Below are positions 27,245 through 40,140 of a DNA stretch of 64,000 nt, one piece after another (positions within the stretch are counted from its first letter, which is position 1; each line of letters starts with the position of its first letter). A program made the translations under genes and the position numbers. The notes under the pieces were generated by a model. The model was given only the letters and a program-made list of their open reading frames with translations. It was not told the DNA's origin and did no database searches. The DNA comes from Synechococcus sp. (lineage in GTDB: Bacteria; Cyanobacteriota; Cyanobacteriia; Thermostichales; PCC-7336): assembly GCA_051439605.1 (NCBI GenBank), contig JBFRWN010000044.1, positions 64,001 to 128,000 on the forward strand. Direction: 5' to 3'.

Positions 27245-28459
27245 TTGGTCGGTATCCTCCCCACGCAATCCGTTACCCCCAACCTGCGACCCTGCGTGCA
27301 ACAGTTGCACCCCAAGCTGGTCGGCTGGAGAAGACATTTGCACCAGTATCCCGAGTTGGGGTTCGAGGAGCACAAGACTTCTGATTTTATCGGCAATCGG
27401 CTTGCGGAGTGGGGCATCGAGCACGAGACGGGGATTGCAGAAACCGGCATTGTCGCCATCGTCCATGGAGCGTTGGCGGGGCCAACCATTGCGTTGCGGG
27501 CGGATATGGATGCCTTACCAATCACGGAAGACAACGAAGTGGGGTACCGCTCTCGCCACGAAGGTCAGATGCATGCCTGCGGTCATGACGGCCACACGGC
27601 GATCGCGTTAGGAACCGCGCTGCTCCTGCATCGGCATCGGTCCCAGCTAAAGGGCACGGTCAAAATTCTCTTTCAACCGGCGGAGGAGCGCCCTGGGGGA
27701 GCCAAGCCCATGATCGAGGCGGGGGTGCTGCGCAACCCCGATGTGGCAGCGATGGTGGGGCTGCACCTGTGGAATAATCTGCCGTTAGGGACAGTAGGGG
27801 TGAAAGAAGGCCCTTCAATGGCCAATTCGGATGAGTTCCGCATCGATATTTTTGGCAAGGGGGGGCACGGCGCTATTCCCCATCAGACGGTGGATGCGAT
27901 CGCCATAGGTGCACAAGTGGTGACGGCTCTGCACACCATCGTGTCCCGCAATGTGAATCCGCTAGAGTCAGCGGTGATCTCAATTGGAAAATTTCATGCG
28001 GGCAAAGCTTTTAACGTGATTGCCCCCAGAGCGGAGTTGTGGGGGACGGTGCGCTGTTTCTCTAAGGAGATGGCACGGTTCTTACCAAAGCGTATCGAGC
28101 AAGTGGTGGAGGGGGTTTGTCAGGCTCACGGGGCAACATACGCGCTGGATTATCATCCGCTGTACCCGGCGGTAAATAATGACGCGAACATGGCCGAATT
28201 AGTCAGGCAAAGCGCCATCTCTGTTTTGGGTGATGCTGCCAAGACGGTGCCGGAAATGACGATGGGGGGAGAGGATATGTCCTATTTCCTAGAGGAGGTG
28301 CCTGGCTGCTATTTCTTCCTCGGTTCGGCCAATTCGGAAGCGGGCCTTGATTATCCCCACCACCATCCTCGATTCGATTTTGATGAGACGGCATTGGGGA
28401 TTGGGGTGGAGATTTTCTTAAATGCCATCGAGCGCTACACCGACAGCCGATTAGTTTAG
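27245..28459 (+). CDS. M20D family amidohydrolase
   Basis: RRHLHQYPELGFEE, ALRADMDALP, MHACGHDGH, FQPAEE, GGEDMS, HHHPRFD. The exact start is uncertain. Confidence 0.9.
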   Translation: MVGILPTQSVTPNLRPCVQQLHPKLVGWRRHLHQYPELGFEEHKTSDFIGNRLAEWGIEHETGIAETGIVAIVHGALAGPTIALRADMDALPITEDNEVGYRSRHEGQMHACGHDGHTAIALGTALLLHRHRSQLKGTVKILFQPAEERPGGAKPMIEAGVLRNPDVAAMVGLHLWNNLPLGTVGVKEGPSMANSDEFRIDIFGKGGHGAIPHQTVDAIAIGAQVVTALHTIVSRNVNPLESAVISIGKFHAGKAFNVIAPRAELWGTVRCFSKEMARFLPKRIEQVVEGVCQAHGATYALDYHPLYPAVNNDANMAELVRQSAISVLGDAAKTVPEMTMGGEDMSYFLEEVPGCYFFLGSANSEAGLDYPHHHPRFDFDETALGIGVEIFLNAIERYTDSRLV

Positions 28460-28584
28460 CTCAGCCATCGACTCGAGCTCTTGTTATTGCGCTCCCAGTA
28501 CACCTTTTAGCGATTACAACTCAAGTTCAAGGACACACAAGAGTTAGAGACACTGCATTCGCGAGAGGCTAGATCGAAATCAAT

Positions 28585-29166
28585 ATGCTCCAGTGGGATA
28601 TCAAAACCATCGTGCGTGGCTATGCCAGCGGTTATTTCCTGATGGACGATGGCGAGGGTACTTTAAATTGGTACGGCACCCCGGAAGAACGGACTCTGAT
28701 TCCTCTGGACGATCGCTTTCGCTATCCCCGCTCCCTCCGTCGTGTCCTCAACCGGCAACAATTTCAAGTGCAGATTAACTGCGCCTTTGAAGAGGTTATC
28801 GCGGGTTGCGCCGATCGCGACGAAACCTGGATTAGTTCTGAACTGGCAGATATCTATCGGGAACTACACCGAGATGGCTGGGCACATAGTTTTGAAACAT
28901 GGGCAGGCGATAGTCTGGCGGGCGGCATATTGGGCATTTCAATAGGAGGAGCTTTTATTGGGGAATCCATGTTTTTTGCCATCCCCGATGGGTCAAAGGT
29001 GGCTATGGTGAAATTGGTGGAACATCTTCGCGCTCGCGGATTCCAGCTCTTCGACGCCCAACTGAGCAACCCCCACCTAAGCCGGTTTGGGTCGATAGCA
29101 GTCAGTCAGGATATATATATGCAAAACCTGCAAGAAGCCATTCGGCTACCCTGCAGGTTCACTTGA
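28585..29166 (+). CDS. aat: Leucyl/phenylalanyl-tRNA--protein transferase
   Basis: [41 protein letters not shown]. Confidence 0.9.
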   Translation: MLQWDIKTIVRGYASGYFLMDDGEGTLNWYGTPEERTLIPLDDRFRYPRSLRRVLNRQQFQVQINCAFEEVIAGCADRDETWISSELADIYRELHRDGWAHSFETWAGDSLAGGILGISIGGAFIGESMFFAIPDGSKVAMVKLVEHLRARGFQLFDAQLSNPHLSRFGSIAVSQDIYMQNLQEAIRLPCRFT

Positions 29167-29175
29167 TTCAAGTCT

Positions 29176-29718
29176 TTAGTCCTCTGCCTGTTGCGGGTGT
29201 TTTCCCTGCCTATGTTCCCGCCATTGTTGAAACATAATGGCGACGTTAAAGCGAAACTCGGACAGTCCAATCAGACCGCCCTCCCTATCGGGTTCCCAGG
29301 AAGCTGATAACACCCCGTAGCTTAGCCCCACGAATCCCAATCCGAATAGAGAGAGGGTCTCGACATAAGTGAGCCAGGTAGGTAATTCAACGATGTGTTT
29401 GACCAACAGAAAATAGTTGATGAAAAACGCGCTCATGCCCAATGTGGTGGGAACACCCGCCAACCAGACAGCACGACGAAGCATGCGCTTGCTGACCTCT
29501 GGAGGAATGTAGTTAGATGCCGTGGCTTCTGCTTCAGCGCGATCGGTGCTGGTCTGTGAAGCAGTCCCACCAGCCTGTTTTTCAGCAGAGGGAGTAACCT
29601 CAGAAGCTACATCAGGTGCGCTGCCGGACTGTTGGCTGACCTCAAAGGGAAGGGGCTTAGAGTTTTTACGAAGACCTTGAGAGCCCTTAGACTTTTTTTT
29701 GGATTTCCTCCGTGCCAT
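29176..29718 (-). CDS. PAM68 family protein (DUF3464)
   Basis: IPPEVSKRMLRR, two TM helices, GLSYGVLSASWE. Directly downstream of rpsO, as is usual in cyanobacteria. Confidence 0.85.
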   Translation of the reverse strand: MARRKSKKKSKGSQGLRKNSKPLPFEVSQQSGSAPDVASEVTPSAEKQAGGTASQTSTDRAEAEATASNYIPPEVSKRMLRRAVWLAGVPTTLGMSAFFINYFLLVKHIVELPTWLTYVETLSLFGLGFVGLSYGVLSASWEPDREGGLIGLSEFRFNVAIMFQQWREHRQGKHPQQAED

Positions 29719-29722
29719 GTAT

Positions 29723-29998
29723 CTATTTTCTGACGCGGATGTTGAGGCGCTTGGTCAGTTCGAAGAAGCGCTCGGGACTTTCGTTTTGGATAAAACCCAG
29801 TAGGCGCTTACGCTTACCAATGATGGTCATGAGACCGCGACGGGAGGCGTAGTCTTTGGGGTTTGCCTGCAGGTGCTTGGTCAGCTGGTTGATGCGTTCG
29901 GTCAGCATCGCTACCTGCACCTCAACAGAGCCGGTGTCGGTCTCGTGTTTTTGGTACTCGGAGATCAGTTCTTGCTTGCGCTCTTGCAACAATGCCAT
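29723..29998 (-). CDS. rpsO: 30S ribosomal protein S15
   Basis: HETDTGSVEVQVAMLTERI...SRRGL...GKRKRLL. Confidence 0.97.
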   Translation of the reverse strand: MALLQERKQELISEYQKHETDTGSVEVQVAMLTERINQLTKHLQANPKDYASRRGLMTIIGKRKRLLGFIQNESPERFFELTKRLNIRVRK

Positions 29999-30137
29999 GG
30001 GGTTTTGTCAGTTTTAATGCAAAGACTATGCTATCACTCACTTCACTATCTTTTGCAATGAATTTTGTGGAGGATAGTGCTTGAAGGAGAGGGACATCTT
30101 GTAAAACCTGTGTTGCCTTAAGCCTACCAACAGCGCA

Positions 30138-30758
30138 TCAATATTCTCGGTCCTCCACCCAGACTCCCACTAGTGCAGCGTTACCTCGACGATCGACCTT
30201 TACCTCAGCAAGTGTTGCCTCTTGATGTTGGCGAATATCCTCCTCCAGTGCATCTCCGATCGCCTCTGGAATAAAGTACTGCCCCAAACCTGCATCTATC
30301 CACACCCTTGAACTGTGGAAGCTTAGCTTGCTTGCCAATATTTGTTGGTGCTTGTCAAGATCTTGGGGGAGACGATAGGCAACTCTGACCGCGTCCCAAG
30401 CGGAGACGGCACGGGTTGTTGCATTGCTGTCTCTTTCTCCAGTCTCGATCGCACGCTTCTCCATAATTAGATAGATACGGTCAGGAAGTTCTCCATAGGT
30501 TTCCTCAAGCTGCTCTTTGGATAGGTAGCCGGGCAAGTCGGCGATTTCTGAGGACTGTTCTACTGCGTATTCGAGGGTGACGTAGCGCCCCCGTAGGATA
30601 TCGTACGGATCGACAGGGCGGGTGGCGAGATAGATACTGTTACCGGTTGCGATGGTGATGGCCTTGGGTGCCGGAATAGATAGAACGATTGCTAACTGAA
30701 AGGCAATTGCAAGGGTAAATCGCCAGGATAGGGAAATCCCAATTGCTCTGGGGTTCAT
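30138..30758 (-). CDS. GDYXXLXY domain membrane-anchored protein
   Basis: PVDPYDILRGRYVTLEY, QYFIPE, AEVKVD. Likely start MNPR at 30758. Confidence 0.8.
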   Translation of the reverse strand: MNPRAIGISLSWRFTLAIAFQLAIVLSIPAPKAITIATGNSIYLATRPVDPYDILRGRYVTLEYAVEQSSEIADLPGYLSKEQLEETYGELPDRIYLIMEKRAIETGERDSNATTRAVSAWDAVRVAYRLPQDLDKHQQILASKLSFHSSRVWIDAGLGQYFIPEAIGDALEEDIRQHQEATLAEVKVDRRGNAALVGVWVEDREY

Positions 30759-30836
30759 GGATCCTTCTCCGCATTCTTTACACAAAACATCTGAAAATGC
30801 TATTTAGCTTTAGAGGTCAACAGAGGCGTTCTCAAT

Positions 30837-32306
30837 CTACCTTTCAGGCGCGGTCTCGGTGGAGGGAGAGTGTTTGAGACTGCGCTCGAAACTGAGTCCA
30901 GCGAAGATGGTGCCCACACCGCACAGGATGAGCATGGCAGACTTCAGCAGCAGACCGGTGTCGTATTCAAAAAAGCGGCAGAGAATTTGTAGGGTTACTG
31001 CCAATAGCCCCATCCAATAGCGCCAACGAATCCCTTCCTGCAGTCCAGACCATGCCAACGTGCAACCCAGTACAAACAGCAGCAGGTTGAACAGGATCGA
31101 GGTGGGCACAGGGGGGAGCACCACATGCATCAGAATTACCACGAACAAGCTCGTTACCCCAACGACCGTATTCAGGACGTGAGTGGCGTGGGCGGTTGCT
31201 AAGCGTTGGCGATCGCGTAGGTTGAGCCACCACATCAATAGGGAGAGTAGCGTAGCTCCCCAAACAACCGTTGGGATTAACGGGATACGCAGCAGGTCAT
31301 GGGTCAAGCCAGACAAAGACCCTGAGTCAATCCAAACGTTCTGGGCTTCGTTGTAGCTGAGAATTGACAGGGCAGCCAGCAATCCAAAAATGCTGAGGAT
31401 GCGGGCGAATGGGGCAAAATCAAGCTCTAGGGAAGCATCTGGTGAAATGGTATCGGTGTTCGATTGCAGGCTGTCAGGTAGCCAGCGGGCGATCCGAGGT
31501 AGGGTTCGCTGGTGGATAAAACTGAAGGCCCACCACCCAGATGTGAGGGAGACATAGGCCAACCAATACCAATATTCCAACGCAGATGAAACTCGGCCTG
31601 CTTCCCCAAACACGGCGGAGATCGCCGAGGTATTTGTGCCCAGCAGGGCTGCTGCAAATACCCATCGGGAGCGGCACCAGTAGGCGAGTGGCAGAAAGCA
31701 TACCAGAGAAAATAGCGACGTCAGCGGCAGCAGTAAATTCAGCCCTCCCTCCCCCAGTGGGTCGCTGTAGTAGGCGACTTGGGCGATTTGAACCAGCACG
31801 ATCGCCAAGAGACCGCTCGGCGCGTGCCGCACAGTACCTGCCACTGCCAACACCCCCAATCCCCACCATAGAAACAACCCAGCAGAGGAGCCACTGACTT
31901 GCCACCATTGGGCCATCAGACCAATGCTGGCCCCCAGCATCAATTGACCGATCAGCAAGAAGGCATTGCCCAGTCGTCGATAGCCTTTCGTCTTTCCTGC
32001 TCCACGCCACAGCCAGAAGCCACAAAAGTCGAACCCTAACGTGAGGACGACGACACCAATGGCACGCAGGCTGGGGGAAAGCCGATCCCAATTGGCGGCC
32101 ACAAACGAAATAGCCCCTAAGCCAACTAAAATAGCTCCGATCGCCAAGATGATCGAGGTGAACTGTCCGTCTGCTTCTTGTTTGAGGCGATCGAGTTGGT
32201 AGCGCTGACACAGTTGCTGGCGCTGCTCTGAGGTAATGAGGGAGTCCGCCACCCAAGTGTCTAGCTCCTTGAGTAACTGGCGGCGAAAGCGCTGTTTTGC
32301 AGCCAT
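30837..32306 (-). CDS. DUF2157 family membrane protein
   Basis: W...LI..EQ, LVGLGAISFVAANW, LGASIGLMAQ, FFEYDTGLLLKS. Commonly paired with GDYXXLXY genes. Start uncertain (32306-32390). Confidence 0.8.
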   Translation of the reverse strand: MAAKQRFRRQLLKELDTWVADSLITSEQRQQLCQRYQLDRLKQEADGQFTSIILAIGAILVGLGAISFVAANWDRLSPSLRAIGVVVLTLGFDFCGFWLWRGAGKTKGYRRLGNAFLLIGQLMLGASIGLMAQWWQVSGSSAGLFLWWGLGVLAVAGTVRHAPSGLLAIVLVQIAQVAYYSDPLGEGGLNLLLPLTSLFSLVCFLPLAYWCRSRWVFAAALLGTNTSAISAVFGEAGRVSSALEYWYWLAYVSLTSGWWAFSFIHQRTLPRIARWLPDSLQSNTDTISPDASLELDFAPFARILSIFGLLAALSILSYNEAQNVWIDSGSLSGLTHDLLRIPLIPTVVWGATLLSLLMWWLNLRDRQRLATAHATHVLNTVVGVTSLFVVILMHVVLPPVPTSILFNLLLFVLGCTLAWSGLQEGIRWRYWMGLLAVTLQILCRFFEYDTGLLLKSAMLILCGVGTIFAGLSFERSLKHSPSTETAPER

Positions 32307-32545
32307 AGCAAAGCTCTCCTCCCGCATCGGGACTTGGACTGAGCCCATTGTGACTGCAGGACTGCCAGCTGTCTGGGAGGTGAGTGCCAATTTTCAAATT
32401 GGCCGTGTTTCAGAGGCAGAGTCCCTGAAGTCCTCGGATGGGAACCTCGGTCGAGTGTTCGCTAGCCGCTCCCTTTAAAATCAATTTAGAGGCTATTGTG
32501 TTAAACGCTGGGTAGCCTTTTGGTTTGGCGACTGTGGGGATTTAG

Positions 32546-33265
32546 ATGATGGCAAAACTGAGAAGTATCAAACGCGGTGCCAGCACCATCCAGATGGTGG
32601 GTCTAGGCATGGGAGTTCTGGCGATCGCAGGGTTTGGGTTGCTGCCATTCCTGGGATCGAATGGGGGAAATCCATCGGGTCCACAAGCAGAAGAGCGGCA
32701 GGAACTGATCTCTCAATATCTCGAGGAGAATGGCTTTGCCGCGATCGTGGGCGACTCCCCCCGTAAAGGGGCTGAAAATCCAAAAGTCATCCTATTTGAG
32801 TTTTCCGATTTCCAATGTCCCTTTTGTGCCCAAGCGGCACCAGCTGTTGCGGAGTTGCTTGCAAAACATGGTGACACGGTCTTGGTGGTTTACAAGCATC
32901 TTCCACTCGCACAAATTCATCCCGAAGCTGTCCCCGCAGCCCGTGCTTCTTGGGCGGCGGAACAACAGGGGAAGTTTTGGGAATATCACGATGCATTATT
33001 TGCCAATCAAGAAGCTCTAGGGGACGATCTCTACGTTCAGATAGCAGAAGAACTGGAACTGGATATCGAGCGATTCAATGAAGATCGTGACAGTCGCGAA
33101 TCTCGTGCTGCGATCGAGACAGACTTAGCGCTTACCCGCGAGCTGCAGCTTAACAGTACCCCCACTTTTGTGATGAACAACGTCCTACTTCCCCCCGTTC
33201 TCCCTAGCCTGGAGCTATTTGAGGACGTCCTAGAGACGTTGGAAAATCAAGAGCCCAATAGTTAG
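32546..33265 (+). CDS. DsbA/thioredoxin-like membrane-anchored protein
   Basis: EFSDFQCPFC (CxxC), GKFWEYHDALF, STPTF, N-terminal TM segment. Confidence 0.85.
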   Translation: MMAKLRSIKRGASTIQMVGLGMGVLAIAGFGLLPFLGSNGGNPSGPQAEERQELISQYLEENGFAAIVGDSPRKGAENPKVILFEFSDFQCPFCAQAAPAVAELLAKHGDTVLVVYKHLPLAQIHPEAVPAARASWAAEQQGKFWEYHDALFANQEALGDDLYVQIAEELELDIERFNEDRDSRESRAAIETDLALTRELQLNSTPTFVMNNVLLPPVLPSLELFEDVLETLENQEPNS

Positions 33266-33327
33266 GTACTAGTGAATGACTGTTGGATAGACATCCCTTC
33301 TGTCTCTCATTGGGTAGCACTTCAGAT

Positions 33328-34833
33328 TTACAGCAGCCCCAGATCCGGCAACCAATCGCTAGCAAACGTTCGCGCTGTTCGGTTGAGAGATCGCAACAGC
33401 TCTACGTGAGGTTCATCCGGTTCAACAGGGATAATGTTGGCCTGCGTTCCCATCCCCATTCGATCGATCGCAAGGTTGGCCGCTTCAAGCCCCGTCACTA
33501 GAGCTTTTTCCTGCGACCAGGAACCGTGGCGATTGACGATCCAATCGCCACTCATAAATACATTCGGATAGCTGGTACGGGCAGACAACAAATGTTGATA
33601 GCTACCAGGGGCAAAGTGGGTTACCCCCCGCTGCACGCGGATGACTGTACTGTCTATCACCCGAGCTGAGGCAAACTCTGGAACGCAGGTAGCCAAATCT
33701 TTGTGAACTTTCCGAACTATCTGCTCGTCGCTCATGGGTAGAAGCTGATTGGCATGATAAAAATCTGCCTCAATGACACTACCGGGAGAGCCAGAAAATT
33801 CATCGTGGAGTTCGTTTAGATCGAAGAATGTCCAACCTGTGGTGTTATCGAAGCCAAAACAGGCATTGGATGGCAGCGGTACGGACACTTTGCGATCGAA
33901 CCACAGGCGAGTTGCCATCACGTCAATCGAACGCAGATTCATGACGTCTAAAAATTCCTGCCTTTGTCGCAGGCTCTGACTGCCCGAGATAATCGCCTGC
34001 ATACCGCTGATGCCTACGGAAAAAATAACGGCATCGGCATCAAAGGTTGTCTCCCCACAAACCACCCCTTTAGCCTCGCCGCGATCGTCAAGAGCAATAT
34101 CTGTCACCCGTTGCTGGGTGAGGACTTTCCCTCCTAAGTACTCAATTTTTTCCACAAGAGGCTGGAAAATCAGCTCACCAATCGTGCCCCGACACCACAC
34201 CACATCAAAGTCAGACTGATGGGCAAGGATGAAGTAATAGAGCATCCCCAATGCCGCCGCTGCCGAGCATTGTTCTCCAGGGGCAAACAACCCCACCAAC
34301 AACATAGGCTCAAATGCTGCTTTGTAGAGACGTTCCGAAACCCCATACTGTTTAAAGAGTTCTCGGGCGGTCAGACAATCGTAGCGACGCCAGGCATCAT
34401 CAGAATTATCGAAGTCAATTGCGGCGTATAGCAGAGGTAAAGCAGTGAGGCGATCGCTCAACGGTAATCGTTTGAAATCCGTATAAACGAATGTCCCCAG
34501 CGGGGCAGGCAAGCGAGGCATATCTTGAAACAGAGGAGACTCAACCTCTAGCCCAAGAGGAGAGTATTGAGAGGAGCGAGTGTAAGGAGTAAATGGCTTC
34601 AGACCCAGCTCGTCCACCAAGCTAAAAATATTGAAGTAGGGATACCAAAATCCGTGAATGCCCCCCTCCACCGATCGTCCATCAGGCGTTTTCCAACCAG
34701 CTGCTAGCCCCCCCGGCTGCTTGCTTGCCTCAAGAAGCGTGACATCGTATCCCTGTTTAGCAAGATGAAACGTTGCTCCTAAGCCAGCCCATCCTGCACC
34801 AACCACAACGACTTTTGGTGGAAAGGTCATCAT
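33328..34833 (-). CDS. FAD-dependent oxidoreductase (amine oxidase/carotene desaturase-like family)
   Basis: GAGWAGL dinucleotide motif, EGGIHGFW, SGDW...SWSQEKA. Confidence 0.8.
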   Translation of the reverse strand: MMTFPPKVVVVGAGWAGLGATFHLAKQGYDVTLLEASKQPGGLAAGWKTPDGRSVEGGIHGFWYPYFNIFSLVDELGLKPFTPYTRSSQYSPLGLEVESPLFQDMPRLPAPLGTFVYTDFKRLPLSDRLTALPLLYAAIDFDNSDDAWRRYDCLTARELFKQYGVSERLYKAAFEPMLLVGLFAPGEQCSAAAALGMLYYFILAHQSDFDVVWCRGTIGELIFQPLVEKIEYLGGKVLTQQRVTDIALDDRGEAKGVVCGETTFDADAVIFSVGISGMQAIISGSQSLRQRQEFLDVMNLRSIDVMATRLWFDRKVSVPLPSNACFGFDNTTGWTFFDLNELHDEFSGSPGSVIEADFYHANQLLPMSDEQIVRKVHKDLATCVPEFASARVIDSTVIRVQRGVTHFAPGSYQHLLSARTSYPNVFMSGDWIVNRHGSWSQEKALVTGLEAANLAIDRMGMGTQANIIPVEPDEPHVELLRSLNRTARTFASDWLPDLGLL

Positions 34834-34914
34834 CGACTCCTAGGGGCAAAATTCAAACACTGTGGCAGCCTAACAAACAGCTGGAGGTCTTTGCTACGGC
34901 GACCACCAAGCTAA

Positions 34915-34940
34915 GAAAAAAGGCCCAGAGAACCGGGCCT
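34915..34940 (-). terminator. Intrinsic terminator directly downstream of atpD
   Basis: Minus strand AGGCCC-GGTTCTCT-GGGCCT followed by TTTTTCT. Confidence 0.75.
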
Positions 34941-34978
34941 TGCAACATAAGAAGGTATGCTTTAACGTCTAAGGCAGC

Positions 34979-36490
<1,512 letters not shown>

Positions 36491-36602
36491 TCACCTCAAA
36501 GTAGTGTGGCTAAGCGTGCTCACCATTAGCCGCTGACTAGGCTATCATCAGACGTTACCTCGGTAAACGTTCGGAAACCCAATCAGCAGCGAACGACAGG
36601 CC

Positions 36603-37622
36603 TTAGCCCTGCCACGTGGCAGCCATGTGCTCTGCCAAATCAACGACCCGCTGAGAATAACCCCACTCGTTGTCGTACCAAGCCATCAGCTTAACTAGAT
36701 CGCCACCTAGAACCGAGGTCAGAGGGGCATCAACGACAGAAGAACAGTCTGCACGGCGGTAGTCAATGGAAACCAGGGGCAGTTCGGAATAGCCCAGAAT
36801 ACCGGACAGACCGTTTTCAGATGCTTCTTTCAGAGCACGATTGACTTCCTCTGCAATGACTTTCTTCTCAGTTTGAACCACCAAGTCAACCAGAGAAACG
36901 TTAGGGGTCGGAACGCGAACGGCCAAACCGCCCAGCTTGCCTTTCAGTTCGGGCAACACCAGTGCTACTGCAGTTGCAGCACCAGTGGTGGTGGGAACGA
37001 TGCTCAAGGCAGCTGCACGAGCACGACGCAAGTCACGGTGGGTGTTATCGAGCAGGCGCTGGTCACCCGTGTAGCTGTGGGTGGTGGTCATGGTGCCTCG
37101 AACAACACCGAACTTCTCCAGAATCACCTTCATGATGGGAGCGAGGCAGTTGGTGGTGCAGCTAGCGTTGCTAACAACAATGTCGCCAACGGGGTCGTAG
37201 TCAGTGTGATTAACTCCGTAGACGTAGGTAGAAACGTTCGAGCCTTTGGCAGGGGCAGTAATCATGACTTTCTTCGCGCCAGCTTCGATGTGGCGAGAAG
37301 CACTTTCGTAGGTTCGGAAAACGCCGGTAGATTCAATAATTAGGTCAATGCCCATGTCCTTCCAAGGAAGGTTATTGGGGTTGCGATCGGACACAACAGG
37401 AATTGCCTTGTCGCCCAAGATGAGCTTGCCGTCTTTGGCTGCAATATCAATGCCTTCCAACTTGCCCAGGATAGAGTCATACTTCAGCAAGTGTGCACTA
37501 GTACTAGCGTCGCCAGTGTCATTGATGGCTGCAATTTCGATGCCAGAGTTCTCTCTGGATAACCAGCATCGTAAAAAGTTACGACCGATGCGACCAAATC
37601 CGTTAATGGCTACCTTAATCAC
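36603..37622 (-). CDS. gap2: Glyceraldehyde-3-phosphate dehydrogenase, NAD(P)-dependent Gap2 type
   Basis: [50 protein letters not shown]. Confidence 0.9.
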   Translation of the reverse strand: MIKVAINGFGRIGRNFLRCWLSRENSGIEIAAINDTGDASTSAHLLKYDSILGKLEGIDIAAKDGKLILGDKAIPVVSDRNPNNLPWKDMGIDLIIESTGVFRTYESASRHIEAGAKKVMITAPAKGSNVSTYVYGVNHTDYDPVGDIVVSNASCTTNCLAPIMKVILEKFGVVRGTMTTTHSYTGDQRLLDNTHRDLRRARAAALSIVPTTTGAATAVALVLPELKGKLGGLAVRVPTPNVSLVDLVVQTEKKVIAEEVNRALKEASENGLSGILGYSELPLVSIDYRRADCSSVVDAPLTSVLGGDLVKLMAWYDNEWGYSQRVVDLAEHMAATWQG

Positions 37623-38066
37623 TGACCTTTTTCCTTACGTCTTATTAATCGGCGTTGCTGTCCAGCACATCATATCGCAATCACCATGCAATCTATAGAT
37701 TGAATTTGGGATCTTGATAGAGTGCATTCCGAGTATCTCGGAGTGACGATTGCTCGTTAATGTCTTTGCTTGACTGGCTATTGACCATCAAGACACTGGA
37801 GATATTCTCTATTGCCAACTGCATTTAATCAAGATTTGTACCTATTGCGGAACGAACGCACATGTTGTGCTACCCAGCTTACTTTTCTTGACTGGTGCTC
37901 AAAGTCTAGATTGGGCTCCCCAAAGTCCGTATTTTGTCTGGTTTCTCTTCCCCGCCGGTTACTAGGTGTGGGACGTTCCATTAATCAGCCTATTCTGAAG
38001 CTAGTTCTAGCCGCTTTAACTGACTGGACATTGCTCGAAGACAATTTCTAATCATCCTCCACCTGT

Positions 38067-38097
38067 AAAAATGGCCGCCCAAGTTGACGGGCGACCA
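38067..38097 (-). terminator. Intrinsic terminator after leuA
   Basis: Minus-strand stem TGGTCGCCC/GGGCGGCCA followed by TTTTT. Confidence 0.6.
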
Positions 38098-38120
38098 AGA
38101 TACTCAAGCGCAGATGAGAC

Positions 38121-39776
38121 CTATACCTTTTGGGTGGCCGCCTCCCGTTGCGACTCGCTGGCGGGGGTGGAATTGAGTGCAAAGTAGAGACGGTTGAGAG
38201 CGTTCATATAGGCATTGGAGGACGCCACAATGATGTCGGTATTGGCGGCATGTCCGGAGAAGGTGCGGCCCAACTCTTCGTGATGCAGGCGAATGGTAAC
38301 CTCACCGATAGCGTCAATACCAGCAGTAACCGACTGAACAGAATATTCGATCAAGCGGTTTGGAACTTGTACTAATCGATTGATGGCCTTGTAAACGGCA
38401 TCCACAGGACCAGTGCCTACCGCTGCGTCGGTAAGTTCTTGGCCTCCAGGGGTTAATACCGTAACAGTGGCTGTAGGAATCTCGCGATCACCGCAACTTA
38501 CCTGCACCCGCTCTAACTTAAACAGCTCGGGAATCTGGCGAATTTCGTCATTGACGATCGCCTCTAAATCTAAATCGCTGATTTCTTTTTTCTTATCCGC
38601 CAGCTCTTTGAAACGAATGAAAGCCTTGTTCAGGTCCTGTTCGGACAAATCGAAGCCCAGCTCTTGCAGGCGGGTACGAAACGCATTGCGACCGGATAAC
38701 TTGCCCAACACAATACTGTTGTTTTGCAACCCAATCGTCTGGGCATCCATAATTTCGTAAGTTTGACGATGCTTGAGCACACCATCCTGATGAATGCCGG
38801 ATTCGTGGGAGAAGGCATTAGCCCCCACAATCGCTTTGTTGGGCTGCACCAACATCCCCGTTAGCTTCGACACCATCCGAGAGGTGCGATAAATTTCCTG
38901 GGTGCGGACATTGGTCAGAGGCTTCTCAGACTCGACCGGCAGACCGAAGTAGGGGTTGTAGTAAGGACGGCGAACGTGCAACGCCATGACTATCTCTTCC
39001 AAAGAAGCGTTTCCTGCCCTCTCTCCAATTCCATTAATGGTGCATTCCACCTGACGGGCACCGTTTTTGATGGCTTCAAGGAAATTGGCTACCGCCACCC
39101 CTAAATCGTCATGACCGTGGACGGAAATAATCGCGTCATCGGCATTCGGGACATGCTCGCGAATACCGCGAATCAGACGGCCAAATTCTTCTGGCATCGT
39201 GTAGCCAACGGTATCGGGAATGTTGATGGTTTTAGCACCAGCTTGAATGGCCGTATCTAATACCTGGTACAAAAATTCGGGGTCAGAGCGGCCCGCATCT
39301 TCGGGAGAAAACTCTACGTCGGGGATTAAGGACGCAGCGTGAGACACCATTTCCTCTACCGTCGCCAATACCTCTAAACGAGACTTGCGCAGCTTGTACT
39401 GCATGTGGATATCAGAAGTGGCAATGAAGGTATGAATTCGCCCTTTAGCGGCAGGAGCAAGGGCTTTGGCTGCAGTTTCAATGTCGTGGCGGGTGGCACG
39501 GGCAAGACCGCAAATGGTAGGGCCATCTTCTTTGCCCACCTCTTCAGCAATAGCCTGGACGGCAGCAAAATCTCCAGGGCTTGCAAATGGAAAGCCCGCT
39601 TCGATAATGTCTACCCCCAGTCGAGCTAGCTGGCGGGCGATGGTTAGCTTTTCTTCCCCATTCAGGGTGGCCCCCGGAGATTGTTCCCCATCCCGAAGAG
39701 TCGTGTCAAAAATTAGGACTCGGTCCATCTCTGGGGGAGTTAAAACATCACCGGGGTTGGCTACAGCTGGCTCCAT
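38121..39776 (-). CDS. leuA: 2-isopropylmalate synthase
   Basis: [39 protein letters not shown]-terminal regulatory domain. Start 39776 or 39728. Confidence 0.95.
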   Translation of the reverse strand: MEPAVANPGDVLTPPEMDRVLIFDTTLRDGEQSPGATLNGEEKLTIARQLARLGVDIIEAGFPFASPGDFAAVQAIAEEVGKEDGPTICGLARATRHDIETAAKALAPAAKGRIHTFIATSDIHMQYKLRKSRLEVLATVEEMVSHAASLIPDVEFSPEDAGRSDPEFLYQVLDTAIQAGAKTINIPDTVGYTMPEEFGRLIRGIREHVPNADDAIISVHGHDDLGVAVANFLEAIKNGARQVECTINGIGERAGNASLEEIVMALHVRRPYYNPYFGLPVESEKPLTNVRTQEIYRTSRMVSKLTGMLVQPNKAIVGANAFSHESGIHQDGVLKHRQTYEIMDAQTIGLQNNSIVLGKLSGRNAFRTRLQELGFDLSEQDLNKAFIRFKELADKKKEISDLDLEAIVNDEIRQIPELFKLERVQVSCGDREIPTATVTVLTPGGQELTDAAVGTGPVDAVYKAINRLVQVPNRLIEYSVQSVTAGIDAIGEVTIRLHHEELGRTFSGHAANTDIIVASSNAYMNALNRLYFALNSTPASESQREAATQKV

Positions 39777-40140
39777 ATCGAAATCATTCCGACTTTGAGT
39801 AGATTTGCTCCATTCTGACACGAACCTCTGGGGGGTGTCGCTAGGACTCCGGAAGGGGTTCAGTCTTACAACACGATAGCGCTTCAGCGCAAGGGGTGTA
39901 GTAAGCGGCATCGCAGTTGTCACAGTCAATTGTGGAGTCTGTGCCCACCAAATTCACCTCAGTCACCTCAGGAAGTAGATATCAAGAGAAAGGCTCTGAC
40001 TGGAATAACTTTCCACTGGTGAAATAAGCCTTAATCCAAGTTCAAGGCCCAGGCTGTATGCTGGCCTTAAGAGATTTAGCGCCACTGTTTTCCCTGGACT
40101 TTATCGCTTTGCTTGCATCAGTTGTTGTGTCTTTCTATCC

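Noticed and set aside
31474..32397. 307-aa same-strand alternative-frame ORF inside the DUF2157 gene
   Set aside because: No recognisable motifs and an atypical composition. It is fully overlapped by a well-supported CDS.
39777..39929. Long N-terminal extension or leader peptide of leuA
   Set aside because: No Leu-rich leader peptide or attenuator is evident. Family-like sequence starts near 39728-39776.
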